Shown here piece after piece: positions 61,249 to 64,000 of a stretch of 64,000 nucleotides of DNA; within the stretch, counting starts at the first letter, position 1, and every line of letters begins with the position of its first letter. Source of the stretch: a virus; the UHGV virus genome UHGV-0367612, one strand, 5' to 3'. The position numbers were made by a program, and so were the translations under genes. Under the pieces are notes generated by a model. It did no database searches. It was not told the DNA's origin and saw nothing but the letters and a program-made list of their open reading frames with translations.

Positions 61249-62054
61249 TAATTGAATAAGTGATCCAAGACCTGTCTATCTAACCCAATCTCTTTTGCCG
61301 GTTTCAAGTCAAACTCATGGTTTAACTGGTAGTTAAATCCATTATAGACGTAATAGTCATTGCAAATGGCTATCTTGTTTTTCTCCATTTCCAATTTGAT
61401 CCGATCTACAATATTCTCTCTATAAGTTCCCGGGAATCCAGTTTCTTCAATAACATCCACTACCCGATCTTCAAATGATCTTCTAACCTTTTGAGATTCT
61501 AATTCTCGGAATGGGTAAATTGCCTCTTCAAACCTGTTGATAAGGTCATTGGCTGAGTCCAAGAGATATTCCGGATTGAGCATCTTTTCTAAGGCTTCTG
61601 TGTGTAACCCCTTGACATGAATCCCAGCACCTTCCGGAATGCACATCCCATTAGTGCATATTTGCCGGTAAATGGCTGCGGTCATTTGGAATTTCATTGA
61701 CCCATCATAGGAATTGTAAAAACTCAATTTCGGGTGTAATGAATCTACTCCCTCCATTTTAACCTTTTGGTCTTTGAGAATCAAATCCAATCGAGTGATA
61801 GCCCCACCCTTAATGAGTTTAGCCTGAGGTTCTACCTTGAATTTATCAGAAAATAATTCAATGATAGGTTGAAATACTACCTTATTCTCAACCAAGTGGT
61901 ATTTCTCAGAGCAAAAATTCACTATTCGTGCATTCTCTGTTCCTGGATTGACAATCACTGCATACTCATTGCTGGAATTAACCTGAATCCCCGGTATCAA
62001 TTCTGATACCTTTCTTTTAATAACTGGTTGGTAAATCTGTTCTAACGTACTCAT
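61245..62054 (-). CDS. hypothetical protein
   Basis: 269 aa, the largest protein of the early array. Promoter block upstream. Confidence 0.45.
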   Translation of the reverse strand: MSTLEQIYQPVIKRKVSELIPGIQVNSSNEYAVIVNPGTENARIVNFCSEKYHLVENKVVFQPIIELFSDKFKVEPQAKLIKGGAITRLDLILKDQKVKMEGVDSLHPKLSFYNSYDGSMKFQMTAAIYRQICTNGMCIPEGAGIHVKGLHTEALEKMLNPEYLLDSANDLINRFEEAIYPFRELESQKVRRSFEDRVVDVIEETGFPGTYRENIVDRIKLEMEKNKIAICNDYYVYNGFNYQLNHEFDLKPAKEIGLDRQVLDHLFNY

Positions 62055-62083
62055 AATTAATTATTTTATTTATTATTAAATGC

Positions 62084-62125
62084 AATGCAAATATAATATA
62101 CTCATATTCACATTGCAAATCCTAT
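62084..62125 (-). promoter_or_regulatory. conserved promoter block
   Basis: Minus-strand reading: aggaTTTGCAatgtgaatatgagtatatTATATTTGCATtgca. Confidence 0.55.
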
Positions 62126-62134
62126 TTTACTTTA

Positions 62135-62563
62135 TTAACTTTCCCATCTCTCTGTTACGAAGATGAAATCGGCTGCAAAGGTAACATCTACCCCATTCTC
62201 GAAAAATTGACTGATACCTCTTTGACATTGGTACTCATCAAAATCATAATACTCATCTCCATCTATATCAAAGTCCTCATTAACAGATTCAAATACCCAT
62301 TGGTGAAAACCATAACCTCTGGCATCATTCTCGAAGGTATCGAAATGACATAACTGCCAATTCCTATCTCTGAACCATTTGAAGAAATCCTTCCAGTAAA
62401 TATTGTTTTTCTCCAATTTCCCATTAATTAAAGTGTAACCCGTTATATATTCCCATACTCCGGTTCTATTCTGAGAATCATTCCGGATGAATCTTTTGAT
62501 TGCATCCTCTGTAGTCTTCTTTGCTAATTGCAAGCTTAACTGGTTTAAATCTTGTATCTCCAT
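62135..62563 (-). CDS. hypothetical acidic protein
   Basis: 142-aa ORF with a promoter block upstream. Confidence 0.45.
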   Translation of the reverse strand: MEIQDLNQLSLQLAKKTTEDAIKRFIRNDSQNRTGVWEYITGYTLINGKLEKNNIYWKDFFKWFRDRNWQLCHFDTFENDARGYGFHQWVFESVNEDFDIDGDEYYDFDEYQCQRGISQFFENGVDVTFAADFIFVTERWES

Positions 62564-62584
62564 ATATTTATTATTAAAAATTAT

Positions 62585-62624
62585 AATGCAAATATATAAA
62601 TCCTCAGTTTCCTATGCAAATCTC
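62585..62624 (-). promoter_or_regulatory. conserved promoter block
   Basis: Minus-strand reading: gagaTTTGCAtaggaaactgaggatttATATATTTGCATt. Confidence 0.55.
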
Positions 62625-62657
62625 TTGTTACGTGATTAACATGAAAAGAGGCTCATT

Positions 62658-63077
62658 TTACTGAGCCTCTGGTTTTAGTCCAAATTTAAGATTGAAATCT
62701 CTGAGCTTCTCTCGTGCTCTCTCTTTATAAAAGATCTTTTCCCACCATTTTAGTTTCCCAATAAAGAAATCTAGTATTGGTTGTTGGTTTTTCAATATAA
62801 CTTTATGTAGCAATGAAAATTGCTCACTAGATAAATCGTGCATGATATTAGCCATAGCCCCTGTATTGATCCCCAATTTGGTGTACAAACTGATAGAATC
62901 TAGGTTGAGGTCTGTCCAATCATCAACTGATATCCCGGGTATAACACATTCTACTGATTTACCTAAAACCTTTTTATTAGCGGCTGCTATAACCTGAGCC
63001 AGAGTTTTAATAACTGCCAACTCATCCTGGTTAAAAGGAGGCCTATTCTTCATCGCTGTCCTCGGCATAACTTTCAA
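62658..63077 (-). CDS. hypothetical protein
   Basis: 139-aa ORF. Confidence 0.4.
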   Translation of the reverse strand: MKVMPRTAMKNRPPFNQDELAVIKTLAQVIAAANKKVLGKSVECVIPGISVDDWTDLNLDSISLYTKLGINTGAMANIMHDLSSEQFSLLHKVILKNQQPILDFFIGKLKWWEKIFYKERAREKLRDFNLKFGLKPEAQ

Positions 63078-63852
63078 GTTGTTTAAGTGGTTGTGACGTA
63101 GTTACCCATTTATTCCATCGTAAATAGAAAGGAGTGGGTTCTTTCTCCGGGTCTCTCTCCATTTCTCTATACTCTTTCCGGAATCTCTCTTTCTCTTTCT
63201 CACTCATGAATTCTGGGAAAATGTGGAGTTTCTGTGTTGTGAAGGATTCTTGAGCTTTTCCTGGAACCTTGATCTCAAGTGTACCAGTAAATTCTCCAAA
63301 CCTGTATACTTGGACTTCATCTGTCCTTTTCTTGTATATCTTTATCCCCACTATAATGGTTGGGTCGAATTTATCTAACATGGGGTTCTTTGATTCTTTG
63401 ATTAACCGAACCATGTATTGGAACTTGTCTGTTCTCCAATCATCATTCTCCCACTCTACCTTTTCAAACCTCTCCATTTGGTGAAGTAAATCTCGAGTCA
63501 CGAATACAAATCCCTGTTCTCGTAAAGCCTTGATTAATTCATCTTGATCCTGAGAACTGTTAATGATCTCCATGATCTCTTCTACATAGCTCTCTGAATC
63601 TGAATCGATCTTACCAACCTTTTTAGCCTTTTTCTCCTTAGCTTCAAGTGGCAATAACCCGGATAACTTCTTGAGATATGTGATAGCTTTCTCCACATCT
63701 TCCTGATTATCCATTGTAACCTCAATTCTCATTGGACCGTTGTGGGTAAACTTTGGTCCAGTTGCAAACTCTGATCCCTGTTTATAGAGTTTATCTGATA
63801 TGAGCCTTGACTCTTCATCAAATAATTGTACTCTTATTCTTTTCTCTTCCAT
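63043..63852 (-). CDS. hypothetical charged protein
   Basis: 269-aa ORF, Lys/Glu-rich. Confidence 0.45.
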   Translation of the reverse strand: MEEKRIRVQLFDEESRLISDKLYKQGSEFATGPKFTHNGPMRIEVTMDNQEDVEKAITYLKKLSGLLPLEAKEKKAKKVGKIDSDSESYVEEIMEIINSSQDQDELIKALREQGFVFVTRDLLHQMERFEKVEWENDDWRTDKFQYMVRLIKESKNPMLDKFDPTIIVGIKIYKKRTDEVQVYRFGEFTGTLEIKVPGKAQESFTTQKLHIFPEFMSEKEKERFRKEYREMERDPEKEPTPFYLRWNKWVTTSQPLKQLESYAEDSDEE

Positions 63853-63853
63853 A

Positions 63854-64000
63854 TTAATATCTCTTTTTACTAATTACTTTAAAATCTTTTGGATAACCCT
63901 CTCTCCATATAATCAACATGGATTGATCCTGAATCTCAGTCTCAATTACTATGAATTTAGTACCACTACTGTAAGGAATAATCCATTCTCTTATGGGATT
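63854..64000 (-). CDS. hypothetical protein, 5'-partial (continues beyond window end)
   Basis: Open minus-strand frame ...NPIREWIIPYSSGTKFIVIETEIQDQSMLIIWREGYPKDFKVISKKRY. The stop (complement of 63854-63856) overlaps the ATG of the next gene. Confidence 0.35.
   Translation of the reverse strand, partial: NPIREWIIPYSSGTKFIVIETEIQDQSMLIIWREGYPKDFKVISKKRY

Noticed and set aside
52068-62624. Regularly recurring ~38-nt repeat as a possible CRISPR array
   Set aside because: The repeats are separated by 0.5-4.5 kb of coding sequence, are not uniform in spacing and are imperfect. Each sits at a fixed distance upstream of an ATG and matches a promoter consensus. They are therefore called promoters, not CRISPR repeats.
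44294-62624. ATTTGCAT in every promoter copy, which equals the eukaryotic octamer motif
   Set aside because: It arises from the Bacteroides -7 element TAnnTTTG followed by CAT. It is a coincidence with no eukaryotic implication.

Overview
This window is a contiguous piece of a tailed dsDNA phage genome. It is probably a myovirus with a contractile tail and a Mu/P2-like baseplate, and its host is probably in the Bacteroidetes. The host call rests on seven or more copies of a long promoter block that matches the Bacteroides sigma-AB consensus (-33 TTTG, 19-21 nt, -7 TAnnTTTG). Almost every bp is coding, and the layout is modular.

- 1-6.3 kb, minus strand: a replication and nucleotide-metabolism module. 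It holds a partial MazG-like NTP pyrophosphohydrolase, an SF2 helicase, a DnaG-like primase, a free-standing NUMOD4/HNH homing endonuclease and a DnaB/gp4-like helicase.
- 7.1-41.2 kb, minus strand: one long late operon. It runs fiber, baseplate (gpI/J/W/V-like, LysM gpX-like), tape measure, chaperone, tube, sheath, two very large fibers (599 and 1606 aa), head genes (major capsid, protease/scaffold, portal) and the large terminase. The large terminase is interrupted by a 325-aa intein that carries an HNH homing endonuclease.
- 41.2-45.7 kb: a dense palindrome cluster, a C5-cytosine-methyltransferase-fold protein with a non-canonical catalytic motif, small zinc-ribbon ORFs, and a ThyA-family enzyme with a large small-domain insertion.
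- 47.8-49.9 kb, plus strand: small early-type ORFs, including one tandem-paralog pair.
- 49.9-52.4 kb: an unusual region that is largely non-coding. It contains an AT-rich island of different composition flanked by inverted G-rich motifs and hairpins, and pyrimidine-rich repeat-bearing spacers.
- 52.4-64 kb, minus strand: an array of about 25 small, mostly acidic proteins in short operons. Each operon is driven by a copy of the conserved promoter block, and the array includes tandem paralogs. These are likely host-takeover or anti-defence genes.

No tRNA, rRNA or CRISPR was seen, and no recognisable endolysin or small terminase.
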